A stretch of 64,000 nucleotides of DNA, taken from NCBI RefSeq assembly GCF_001194135.2, contig NC_068984.1, positions 132,330,779-132,394,778 on the forward strand, in the 5' to 3' direction. This document shows positions 1-12,910 of the stretch, piece by piece (the stretch's first letter is position 1; every line of letters begins with the position of its first letter). The DNA is from Octopus bimaculoides (lineage: Eukaryota). The position numbers and the translations under genes were made by a program. The notes beneath the pieces are model-generated. The model saw only the letters and a list, made by a program, of their open reading frames with translations, was not told the origin of the DNA and searched no databases.

Positions 1-1532
1 TGAAGGAATAATGGATACGTTTTCTCACCAGTACTTCTGTGTGTCCATAGCCAAGGCACTTATATCTAAGGAATCAGTCCACCTATAAATGTTAGTAAAT
101 ACTGTACAACAGGAAGAACTCATTGTTGCAAGCAGTGTTAGTAGTAGTAAAGTTGATAAATGTTAGCTGTACTGAGTAAAACTTCTACATTGGCAGCTGA
201 ATCACTGTGATCTTATCTATAACTCAAGATATGATCACCCATTGGTAGATACTTCCGTTCATGTGAAAGTTAATTGGTTGAATCATCTAAGAACAGATGT
301 AAGGATCAGCTAAGGAAGGAAGATATATGAGAGAGAGAGAGACACTTGATAGGTCAATGGTCCTCGTGGTTTAATTCTTCCTTATCCTCACTGTTATAAG
401 CTGTTTAAAGTATTATATTGAAGATTAATGTTCTAAGATTTAAATTGTGCTTCATGGCATCTTTGAGCTGGCATTGTTTGAAGTAGAAATGGAGAGGTCA
501 GTTGAGGGTGGGAGGTAGATGATAAATTAGGTTAAGAAAAAAATTCTCTTGTAAATGATTTATTTCAAGAATACGTCTTTTGTTTTCTTTTGTTGCTATG
601 TTTTTTAACCTCAATTGAATTGTAAATGGGGCTGAGTTTCAGAAGCTTTGGATATTTTGAAATTTTAGATGACTCATTAGAGCAAATATATTTTAGAGCT
701 TAGAATGTGTTTTAAGACTGGCTATTCAACTTTCATGTTTAAATTTCTAAAATGAGTTGTTGCGATAGTAATTACAATTTTCCAGCCTGTTAACTTCATT
801 TTTCTGAAAAGAAGGTCAATGCTTGTAACTTTTGTAGTTTTGTTGGTTACTCTTAGAAATTGGGACAATTTCCATTGATTTTTTTTTTTATATTGGCTCA
901 AAGAGGAGGGGTATAGTCAATTGCATCATCTCAGTTTATCAGGAGATTCCTGGCCCTCTTATCTAATACTCAAATAACCGGAACTTTCAAGCTACCAGCA
1001 TTCAGAAAAAAAAAAGTAGAAAAGAAAATGTGTTAATTTGTGCTAATTTGTGTTCATTAATTAGTTGTCATTAATAGGTTTCTACTGTGTCTAAAATGGA
1101 TTGTTGCTTCTCAAAGTACAGTACAATATATTCTTTTACTGCATTTACAATACCTATTAATAATTAAACTTATTCCACACTTAAATAATATTTTTATTTC
1201 TTCCTATTTCTCTCATTTCTACTATATTTAGAATATTAATGATAATACTGATGAATATATAGAATTTTAATGACTTTTGTAAGGTGCAATGGTCATTTAA
1301 AAAGTGGTCAGAGATGGGGAAAATTCAGTTATCCAGCATCCCTTTGGGGCCAGTGTTGACGGATAGGAGGTGATTCAGGTATATTATATACCTTGTTTAC
1401 ATTAATATACTTAGTATGTAGATATTAAATCCAAAATAACTTTGATGTAAAATATTTCACATTAGTTTTAATTTAAAACTCTATTTAAAATCAGTTGATT
1501 AATTTGTTTAATTATCAACATAGTAAATGTAA

Positions 1533-3003
1533 GTTTAGTAAGACAAGTTCACTATGCCATACAAAGAACTGCTTTTGAAGCCCTGTCTGTATGTAGCCTT
1601 AGAAATACATTTTTATCATTGCTATTGTTTGTATGGTGTACAGATCTGTGTAAAACTGCAGCAGCATTTAGTGAAAAAGATCTGTTGAAGTGGAGGAGTG
1701 AAAGTAATCCAGTAGCGTTGTGGTGGGTGTACAGTAATGCTTGTAGTCAGTCATTTCAACATTTTCATGCTTCAAGTGAATGTAAGAATATGCATTGAAG
1801 CAGCAACATATGTGTAAGTGACAGAAATATATATGTATATATATTGTCTTTGAAAGTGTATGTGCATACGTATGTGAGAGATGTGTGCTCAAATAAAAAT
1901 GGTTTTCGGATGTCAAAGTGACACAAGATAAAACAGAGACAAGTGGTGATTGTTAAAATCAGTAAATCCCTCCCTTCCTGTCTCACTACCTGATTTAGTT
2001 TGGTGCACTGATTCTGTTGTTGATCTAGTAACATATTTACAACACATAACTCTCACCTTTCACACACATACTTTTTTTTTGCATACATACACCATTCTCT
2101 CTCGCTTACTCTCCCTTGCATACACACATGCACAGATAAAATGTAATGAAATGTAAGCATATATTAAACAAGTCGAAAGAAAATAAATAAATGTTCATAT
2201 TTCAGGCATTGCTTTCCTTCTCTATTTTGCTCTTCCATTGGCAACTTGATGTTTCAATGTTTTGCATTCACATCTCGCCGACACTAACTTTTTCAATTGC
2301 GCTTTTTCGAGTGACAGGTAAAGTCAGTGTTGATTAGATTTGAGGTTGAAATATTTAGTATCAGTAATGTATTGTGGACAATCAATCAACTGTATTCCAT
2401 CCCAACAAAAACCATAACCTTAAATCAATGTAAGCAACAACTGTTGCTGTTGGATGAACCTTGTCAATCAATGTTCTCAGGAAATATATCGGTTACAAAA
2501 TAAACCAATCAGGTTGCAGGGGTGATTATCTTCACTAAAATCTCCTTTACAAATTTGTGGCTTATCTATAAAAATCCACCCCCTAAACACCACAATTATT
2601 GTCAAAGACAAGGCAGTGAAATGGAACAAATGGGGAAGTGCCATACAAAACCTCACAGTATTATATATTTATCCAATCAGGGTTAACTTTGCCCTTTGTT
2701 TCTCTGGGATCTCTTCTTATCATCCTTGTACTGTTACAGAAAAAAAAAAAATGATTGTTATTTACAAAGGCCTGTGTATTTATCATAGACTTAAACCATC
2801 ACCTGGTTTAGTCTCACCACCACCTGTCCTATTTATTGAATGAATGTTTAGTAAGACAAGTTTGCTGTGACATACAAAGAACTGCTTTTGAAGCCCTGTC
2901 TGTATGTAGCCTTAGAAATACATTTTTATCATTGCTATTGTTTGTATGGTGTATAGATCTGTGTAAAACTGCAGCACCATTTAGTGAAAAAGATATGTTG
3001 AAG
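1533..3003 (+). repeat. 158-bp direct repeat pair (1533-1690 and 2846-3003)
   Basis: Near-identical GTTTAGTAAGACAAGTT...AGTGAAAAAGAT(C/A)TGTTGAAG, with about 8 mismatches by eye. Confidence 0.9.
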
Positions 3004-4121
3004 GTATTTAACAGAGAACACTATGCGGCAAGCATTTAAGCTTACTCTGGTCTGAGCTTACCTTCATCTTCTGACTAAGTCTTATGAAAAGATAAAGATT
3101 GGAACCATACAATGGTTTGATAACTTAGTTGCAAGTTGAGTTTGTTAGTGTTGACATCATTTTAATTTTACTCCCTTTACAGTCAAGATGCAAATGGCAT
3201 TTAAAGTATGCTTATCTAGGATTTAATAGAGACGAGTGGAGAGAGATTGTGTGTGTGTGTGTGTGTGTGTGTGTNNNNNNNNNNNNNNNNNNNNNNNNNN
3301 NNNNNNNNNNNNNNNNNNNNNNNNNNNNNNNNNNNNNNNNNNNNNNNNNNNNNNNNNNNNNNNNNNNNNNNNNNNNNNNNNNNNNNNNNNNNNNNNNNNN
3401 NNNNNNNNNAGGGTACCAGTTTGTCACAGGTTACCTGTTCCTACAGCTAAATGAAGTGAGACAATGTGGAACAAAGTGTTTAGATTCACATTGAAATGCC
3501 TATTGTGGATTTGAACTAAAAAAAAAAAAAGCATTTGGAACTGATACTTCATTACCATATTTGCTTGGCCATTTTGCTTTTGCAAAGTATGTATCTGTAA
3601 TACATTTGAGTTTTACAGGCCATCACCTGAAATACTAGCTTTTTCACCTTCTTAAAGAAATAATTATAATTAATTTTTATATGTTAATCTGTTGAGAGGG
3701 TCAACTTGAGTATTTGGGTTGAACTGAAACCCTGATAATAATGTTTACAATAGGCACTCAAGAAACAGGAGGCATAAATACTAATCAAGGACTAACACTT
3801 CATTAGTACTTATTGCATCAGTCTTGGAAATACAGAACATAAATGAACCTAGCTAAATACAAAGCATTTCATCAAGCATTCTACCAAATCTGCCTTTAAT
3901 ACTACCCTTTTAATAATGATAATTGGATGGTACAGTGGAAAGTCCTAGAAAAATGAAGTCTGTAGTCTCAATGGAAGCAGTGTTTTTTTTATTTATTATT
4001 ACTGCCTTAGGAAAAGCATCCTTGTTTAAACTTTGTTTTATTTTGTCCTCTTATAATTATTTTTTCAGGCTGTAAGTGTAAATTGTTAGGACTCATATTT
4101 TTAGCTTCCGCTATTTACTGA

Positions 4122-4156
<35 letters not shown>

Positions 4157-5453
4157 AAGAGAGTAATATGTGTTGCTGTGTTGTGAGGTGGTGGTGTTTC
4201 CCTGTAGCAGCATGTGCTTTTGGTGCCAAAAACAGACTTGCTGGTGCTGATTTAGTTTCTCCCTAATTCTTTTATATGTTGTTGCTGTTTGTTTCTTTGA
4301 TAATAGGTAGGTATGGTTGTGAGAGATGCTAGGTGGGTGTGTGTGAAGTGCCAAAGATGGCAGTAGGCAGGTTTACAGGTTGCCAGGCTGGTGTTAATGG
4401 TAATTTGGTCTGTGGGAGGAGAAAGAGAGAGAGTGAGAATGATGCAATTAGCTCACAGAGGTGGCAAGATGCATGTGAATGTAGAACTAATTTGAAGGAA
4501 AGCAAGCATCAAATGATCTTACTCCATCCCATCTCCATGTACACACTATGTGTCTACATTTGCTGTTTTTCCTGTAAAACCAATTTCCTGAAACTTCTAC
4601 TCACAAAACACTCTTAGAACATCCATAGTATTATTAGAGGGAACATTAAATGGGATACATTACCATAGACGCAATAATTGGAAGTAAAAACATTTGTCAG
4701 CAGCTGAGGATATTTCATACTTCTCATATACATGTCTGTATGTAGTAAATGATTTCTAACATAAATAATATTCATTATAATATGAGGAAAATTACAGAAC
4801 ATTATAATGCATTAGCAGTATCTAAAACCTAAAAGAAATTGAATAAGAGGAATTCATGATTCAGTTGTAAGACCTACAAGCTCCCTTTTTGAACTTAGTC
4901 TCCGTTTTTGGAAGAGGACTAGAAATATATTGAATTAAATAATCGCATATACATATAGGTATTTTCCATAAACATTCTTGGGTATGTGTGTGTGTGTGAG
5001 AATATATTGTCTGTTAAGCTATGTTATCTGTAACATACACACAATGCTTACGTTTTCATTTCATACTTATATATGTATCTGTGGGTGTAAAAAGAATTTG
5101 TATAAAGGCATGTGTATTTCTATTTTGTGTTTATGAGTGCACACACACGTGTGTCTGCATACTTTCTTTCTCACTACATACATACATACATGCACACAGA
5201 CACAATGTGTATAAACCTACATACGCTGATAGAGTTACCATTCCCATTGCACTGTTAATTTGATATTCCTTAGAACTAATTCATTATTTGATAATTGTAA
5301 TTCTTCAGTGGCAGTAAAGTTGTTCTTCCACCCCCAGGCTAATGTATGTGAGTGTTGCCACAAAGTTATGGTATCTTCTAAGTTTCTGGCTTCGTCGGAT
5401 GAGTCATAGAGTTGATGAGGAATTTGACTACTAGTTTTACTTGTATGAATGTA

Positions 5454-5523
<70 letters not shown>

Positions 5524-6126
5524 AAGAAGATATATGCAAGTATACACACTCATATATGTACATACTTACATCTACATGTGTATATAGATGCATATCAGGG
5601 TACAGGACGTTAGAACAATGAACTGCAGACCACGGAACGAACACATAGGAAAACAGATAGCCACTTGGAATTAATCCTTCGTCAGCTGCCTCTATTCTAA
5701 CTAGACATTTCAAAGATAATATATACATTTGTATGTGCGTATATGCATGCATGACCAAATGGTTTAAAAGCTTGCTTCACAGTCAGGAGTTTCTGATTCA
5801 ATCTCAATGCCTGGCATTTTGAGCAAATGTCTTTTATCATAGCTTCTTGTCGTTCTCAATGCTGCAGGTGTAATTCAACAGATGGAAACTGGAAGCCCAT
5901 CAAATGCACTGCACCTGTAATTCAAAGGGTCGACATTTTCAAAGGCTGTCCCTCAGGAGTGCATTAAGGATATATATCTATGGACATGTGAATTTTTTTC
6001 TTTGTTATATCCTAGTCAAGTGGGAGGGCAGTGTCTATTACTCTTTCCTGAGCCTCTGAAACTGAGGTGAGAGAGGGTGGGTGTATCCTGAAACCAGAGA
6101 TATAGTTCAAATAATGGTTTACATAC

Positions 6127-6166
<40 letters not shown>

Positions 6167-6331
6167 TATATGCAATGACCATTTAGTTTCCATTTGCCAA
6201 ATCCACTCACAAGGCTTTGGTTGCTTGATTCTATAGTACAAGACACTTGCTTAAAGTAACATGTGTTTATGCATAAGCATGGATTTATGTATGTGTATAA
6301 TATTGTGTGTATATGTTTGTGTTCATATATT

Positions 6332-7244
6332 CGTCCAGTTGAGTTTGATGATAAGCTCCTTGAGGCATTACTTGAAGAAAATCCTGCATTATCAGTTGAA
6401 GAATTGGCAATAAAGCTTAGTTCAAACCATACAACTGTTCATCGACATCTTCAACAACCTGGAAAGGTTCCTAAACTTGGAAAATGGATGCGTCATGAAT
6501 TGTCCGAAAGCAGCCACAAATCCAGAGTTGACATCTGTTCTTCTCTCCATTCTCGCAAACTCATTTCCCCCTTTTTGGATAGACTTGTGACTGGTGATGA
6601 AAAATGGATCTTCTATTGAAATGTTAAACATCGTAAACAGTGGTTTGGTAAAAGGGAAAAAGCTCAACCACAACCGAGACGGGATCTTCATGGGAAAAAG
6701 GTTCTTCTCTCTATCTGGTGGGATTGCAAAGGAGTAATTCACATTGAATTGTTACCACCTAATGCAACAATTAATGCTCAAGTCTACTGTCAGCAATTAG
6801 AGTGTTTGAATCAAACTTTGAAGAAAAAAGACCTGCTTTAGTGAATCGAAAAGGTGTGGTGTTTCATCAGAACAATGCATGACTCCGCACTGCAAAGATC
6901 ACATCACAGAAGATCGAAGAGCTTGGTTGGGAAAAAATTCCTCATCCACCTTATTCTCCCGACCTTGCTCCTTCAGACTACCATTTGTTTCATAGTTTAC
7001 AGACTCATTTGGGGGATATAACTTTTGCAAGCCAGGAGGAGGTCGAAACTGACATTTCAGAGTTCTTCGCTTTGAAACCAAAAGAGTTTTACGTTGATGG
7101 GATTAAAAAGCTTGCAAATAGATGGAAGGAAGTCATAGATAATCAGGGAAAGTACATTGGTGATTAAATTTCAATTAAACATAACATTTGATTACTTGTT
7201 TTCCTTATTCAAAATTCGGACAGAACTTATGGGATGACCTGATA
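6332..7244 (+). pseudogene. 5'-truncated mariner (Tc1/mariner) transposase pseudogene with intact right TIR
   Basis: Motifs RPVEFDD..LLEENP, GKWMRHEL (WVPHEL-like), LVTGDEKWI and HPPYSPDLAPSDYHLF. Stops at 6617 and 6880 and a frameshift near 6830. The second catalytic Asp reads Asn (HQNNA). Right TIR ...CAGAACTTATGGGATGACCTGA followed by TA at 7243-7244. No left TIR seen. Confidence 0.92.
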
Positions 7245-7737
7245 CTTAGAACCTGAAGATTGTTTGGAGGCACAAGGCAAGTTATAAAAACCTGCCTATC
7301 CACATGTTTTGATAGTAAGAAACTATTAGTAGTTCTTATTTTAATACAGTGTACATGAAATTATATATATATTACATATGTATGTATATATACTTTTGTT
7401 TATTCATGTGTGTATATACATGATGTGTATGCACACACACACATACATGAAAGAAACTATATTCTCTCAGCATATGCAGACAATCATTCATTAATACACA
7501 CATATACAAGCAAAGGAAATATCTGTTACACACATATTTATGAATGTACATAAACAAATACTTGCTTATTTGCAAGCACATACACAGATAAACACTCACA
7601 CATACACAGACCTACTGTGTAAATGGGAACTTTGTATAAAGTCTAAGGAATGTTGGTTTGGAATTTTATACTTCTGGGATTCTTAGCTTTGTACAGATGA
7701 GAAGCATTTGATAGAAGGTCTTTTAGTTGTAACCAGT

Positions 7738-7920
7738 GAGAAGTTCATTACTGTGGGTGATTGAGTCTCGATGAGGAAAATTCATTGATGTGGGTGAGTA
7801 TAGCTTGTTGAGAAGAGTCCATAGATTTGTTGTGTGTATAGCTTGTAGGGAAGAGTTCATTGTTTTGGGTGAGTATGGCTTGTAGCGGAGATTTCATTGA
7901 TTCTAGTGAGTATATCTTCT
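7738..7920. repeat. Degenerate ~36-bp tandem array (GAGAAGTTCATTGxTGTGGGTGAGTATAGCTTGT-like)
   Basis: About five recognisable TTCATT...GGGTGAGTAT.GCTTGT units. Confidence 0.65.
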
Positions 7921-8397
7921 TAAGGATGTAATTCTGGATGACTCTAGCTCATTTATGAAAGAAAGTATTATAAACTGTACCTACATTATTAGGAAAAGTT
8001 TCCGTTTTCGATTAAGCCAATAAATTGATTTAATTACTGTTTATTGCTGGTACTTATGTGATAGATGCTGATTTGAATTGAAACCAGACACATAGAAAAA
8101 AAATTTACAAGTATCATGAAATGAGGTTTTTTTTTCAGTAGCCTACAATTTGCTGGCATTGCTGAGAGATCAGTGTTCAGATGTTAGCACCATACTGAAT
8201 ACCAAATAAAATCTTTTATTTTCAAAGAACTTCTCATCTTGCTCTCTGAAAGATCTCAAGGATATAGTTTGCTGCTCTAAATGCTGAGAACATTATATAG
8301 CTGATATTGTCCATTTTATTCATTTATTTAAAAAATTTTATGGCAGTGGTTTTCAACCTGAGTCTAAATGGCCCTTGGTGGGGACATATAAGGTTTT

Positions 8398-8628
8398 ATA
8401 TATTATTTACATTGGACGGATATTTGTCCTCTTGTTTGTTGTTACCACAACTTTTCAGCTGATTTTCTCTCCAGCCTTCATCAGGTGTCCTGGCAAAATT
8501 TTGAACCCAACCCTGGGTTATTGTTGTTAATATTCTCTATTCAAAACACTGCCTGAAATTTAGAATTGAACTTGCAATCTTGGGGTTAGTAGCCCGCACT
8601 CTTAACCATTACACTATATGCCTTTGGG
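8398..8628 (-). mobile_element. tRNA-headed SINE-like element with a hammerhead-ribozyme-like 3' module
   Basis: On the minus strand: box A TAGTGTAATGG (8606-8616) and box B GTTCAATTC (8563-8571), 34 nt apart; then CTGATGA-stem-GAAA at 8443-8490; then tail AACAACAAACAAGAGGACAAATATCCGTCC. Confidence 0.65.
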
Positions 8629-9602
8629 CAATTATAGAGTGAATTTTTGGGCTTATAAACCTAATATTTTCCTATCCTTCCTTAATACCGGTTCCCATAT
8701 TCTACTCATATTTGGACTAGGTCTGCTTAGGAGGTTATTGTGTCCTAGCATATGTGCTGCCTCTTTTAGTTTTCATATTTTTCAGTTGTATTCTCTGTCT
8801 ATTATTTTAACAACAAACAGGATGAGGACATGTATCCGTCCAATGTAAATAATGTACAGAATTCCTCCTCTATAAAATATAGAACATATAAGATTTTGTT
8901 ATTAAAATTTATGAGCGATAAATTGGTTATACTTTTATATCATACATAATATTTTAATAATTTTTTTGATACAATTCCTAATAAATATTTTTTTTTTAAT
9001 GATGAATAGCTCTGAGAATCCACCCAAGTGAAATAAGAATCAAAGGGAATGCATAGATAATAAATGATTGAGAATCACTGCTTTATAGTGCCAAGTTAAA
9101 ATAATGTAAAGCTTTGCTGTGTATCCCTTCTTGATAAAACTAAATTACTGTACATTTTTTATGCAAGCAAAAATCCAGAGAATATTTGAGGGAGTGGACT
9201 TGAAAGTTGTGATATTTTACAAAAATCTTTTACAAAGTGGTAGAATTTGTAAGATAGTGAGAATATCTGCCCATAAATTCTGTGTTAATTGTGTATTTAA
9301 ATAAAACAGTTCTACATTTCCTCATTGAATATAGTTAGCAGCATTAACAGAAAGCAGATTATCTGGGAATTAACTGTGAGCAGCTGCCATGCTAACCAAC
9401 AGGGTATATCTGTTCAGCACTATGAAACTGAAGCTAAGCACCAGCCTTTAAAAACTCTCAGAGCTTTGGTATTTTTGCATCATGCTTTAGAAATATGTCA
9501 GACATCCTTTCATTGTCTAGGTTTAACATCATCCCAGTGAAGTAATAGTGAATGTGGTCTGTTTCACTCTTTCCTAAAACGGGTGGCCTTATGTGTACTT
9601 TA

Positions 9603-9984
9603 GTGGAGGTGCAATGGCCCAGTGGTTAGGGCAGCGGACTCGCAGTCATAGGATCACGGTTTCGATTCCCAGACCAGGCGTTGTGAGTGTTTATTGAGCG
9701 AAAACACCTAAAGCTCCACGAGGCTCCGGCAGGGGATGGTGGTGAACCCTGCTGTACTCTTTCACCACAACTTTCTCTCACTCTTTCTTCCTGTTTCTGT
9801 TGTGCCTGTAATTCAAAGGGCCAGCCTTGTCACACTGTGTCATGCTGAATATCCCCGAGAACTATGTTAAGGGTACACGTGTCTGTGGAGTGCTCAGCCA
9901 CTTGCAAGTTAATTTCACGAGCAGGCTGTTCTGTTGATCGGATCAACTGGAACCCTCGACGTTGTAAACGACGGAGTGCCAACA
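9603..9984 (+). mobile_element. Full-length tRNA-derived SINE, family A (CAA tail)
   Basis: Head with box A TGGCCCAGTGG and box B GGTTTCGATTCC; tail GACGGAGTGCCAACA. 13-bp TSD TATGTGTACTTTA at 9590-9602 and 9985-9997. Confidence 0.92.
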
Positions 9985-11578
9985 TATGTGTACTTTAAAA
10001 ATCATTAAATTAGGTTAAGGGAGCGAGCTGGCAGGATCATTAGCTCATCAGACAAAATACTTCAATTTCTTTCTATGTTTTGAATTCAAATCCTATCAAG
10101 GTCGACTTTACCTTTCATGCTTTTGGGGCCTATAAAATAAAGTATCAGTCAAGTACTGAAGACAATGTAATTGACTTGCCCATTCCCTTTATAATTGCTG
10201 GCATTGTGCCAAAATATGAAACCATTGTTTACCTCCGACCTCAGCATTCAGATTACTCTGTCAAATGTAATGTTTATTTATTCACATAGTTTTGAATTAC
10301 TTGTGCATTATCTCATAGCTTTGAGATTTTGATGACATAGCTGTTAATTTTAAGAATGATATTGTATGGTTAGTGAGAGATGGCAGATCTGGCCAGCTTG
10401 AACATAAAGCAGGTAGAATATTTGAGCCAGATACGGCCACTTTAAATACTAAAGAATTAAAGTAAGTTGGAATTAAAGATTCCAACTTACTTGTAAATAT
10501 ATCGCATACTAATACTTATTTTTTGTTGAGGCATAAAAAAAAATTGTCAAGTTAGCAGTTTCATCAATCATATACTAGGTGATTGGCTTAATTCTACACC
10601 CACATGTGGAATCCCCATACCATTTAAGTTTTAGGGGTTCTGAACTTGTAGCTGAAATTTAGTCTATGCATTTAGTGATAAATGTAGCAGTAAAGTAATT
10701 CATGACCTCTACATTTCAAACATATTTGTCATGTTTACATATCATTGTCTAAAATATGTACATTCTAACACAGCGAAAACATTACATTTTTTCTCCAAAA
10801 ATGTTTTGTTGATCTATTTAGTTTTGCATTGTGCGTTTGTCTTTTATACTAAAGGTCAGTGATTTTTTACAAGATTCTGAAAGTGGCATGTGAGCATGCG
10901 CACACGCATGCACACACACACACAAAGTGATGAAACTATGCTATAAAACAAGTATGGACAACCTTTTTTGAGAAGGGGGCCAGGTGGGGCATGGCTCATC
11001 ATCAGGTGAGCTACACTTCTAAAAAGATTTGAAGTAATTTTTCATTAGGTCTGCTGTTAAGAAAGTCTCACTGTACTTATTTTATGGGTTTAGTCAGTTA
11101 AATGGACCATGGGACTCAATTGGTATATTTGACAAACCCTGGAAGGATGAAACAGTCGACCTTGAGAAAATTTGAATCCAGGACATAAAATTATTCAATT
11201 GAATATACAGTTTTGTTCAGTGGTTGACAGTTTCTCTATTACCTCATTAATAATAAAAAGAATGAGGAGAGAGGTGATTTTTTTTGTTCTGTTCTTTTAA
11301 TAATGTATTTTTTTTTGACTGGATATGAGTGCAAGTGTATTTAAACACAAAGAACTTCTACTGAACTGACCTCTGGTGATTTATATGGAGACTGGTTTGC
11401 TTTGTTGACCTGTCATGGTTCTTGTTGATGAAGTTGTCACTTATGTTCTCAACATTATCTTGGTATTTTGACTCTTGTTGACAATTGCAATGCAGTCCTA
11501 TTAAGCACAACTGTCTAGCTGTTGACATTATTTTGATAAACAGGAAATGATGCCTTCCTGTTGTCCTTTATGTATATC

Positions 11579-11614
<36 letters not shown>

Positions 11615-11740
11615 ATCTACACACACACACATAGCACACTCACTAAAACAAAACAACAATCTATACAATATAGGAATATATTATGTACAAATATTCCAAC
11701 TATGTCTCTGTTTGCCTCTCTTTCTCCCCTACACATGTGT

Positions 11741-11775
<35 letters not shown>

Positions 11776-12859
11776 TATATACACATATCTATATGTAAGT
11801 GTAATTGTAAACTGGACAAACTGAGAAGAAAAACATCTATCAACTTACACACATTAAACATGATTACATTTCTGAGAGATAAAACATTTAAAGCTATACA
11901 TATGTCTATACTCTTCATCAGCCAGACTTCAAAAGAAATATCTGACTAACTCTGCTTATACACACTTGTAGCTATAAAGACATTATAGACATTATATGTA
12001 AGCAAAGTTGAGGATCCTTAAGTTTCAGTGAAATATTTAAGGCTACCTTCACTTCCCCAGAATCCCCCTACAATTTCAAATATATAATTTAAGTCATGGA
12101 ACTGGAACTATATCAGTAACTATACTTTAAATACATAGAAAATATATTTTGGGGGCAAAGGTTATGAGAATGGCTATCGAGCCCTTTCTGTCATTGGTGG
12201 CATTTTGTGTGTCTGATAATTTATTTGAGCCCTTTCCACCATGTATATAAACAAGGTTATTCAAATATATATATTTCTTTCAGTAGTCAGGTTAATGAAG
12301 CAGCTATACAGGGGTGGGCAAAAGCAGGTATGGAATTGCTTAATATGAGTGGAATGTTTTCGTTTCTCCATTTCTAAGCGATTCATAAGTCAACTAAGGA
12401 TTCTGCAGGAGATGCCTAAGTTCATTAGAGGTTCACTTTTTTGATTTCTGGTCACTTTGAGTGAATACTTGAGCCACAAGCATTTCATTTTCTTTAGTGT
12501 TGACTATAAACCTACTTTTGCCCAGCCCTGTATATGTGTGTGTTACATGTTTAGCTTCCAATTCCTACATGAAAAACTACATGTGTTTCATAATATGTTG
12601 GATTTGTTTGATTTTCAATTCATTTTAGTTTTTATAGAAATACTAACGCTCTTGTCCTGAATAGTTCTGTTGAACCTTTTTTTTTCTTTTTTTTTTTCTT
12701 TTGCAGACTTTCCACAGAAATGCATCTTTATTTCGTTTCTGTCATATTAAATTCTTTATTAATTTCTCTGCTTGCTCTCCTCTTCCCTACTACATTCCAT
12801 TATCTATCTGCATAACAATCTGTCCACTTAACTACCTACATATCTTGTATGTATGTGTG

Positions 12860-12910
<51 letters not shown>

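Noticed and set aside
1533-3003. LTR/TRIM interpretation of the 158-bp repeats
   Set aside because: No TG...CA termini, no polypurine tract and no TSD. The TGGAGG after the first copy is too short to call a primer-binding site.
8343-8385. hAT-like terminus CAGTGGTTTTCAACC (similar at 37468) and a Tc1-like start at about 12308
   Set aside because: No matching opposite TIR or TSD was found.
9603-9680. tRNA gene-like sequence (also at the other family A heads)
   Set aside because: The acceptor stem does not close and the sequence runs into a SINE body with a TSD. It is a SINE head, not a tRNA gene.
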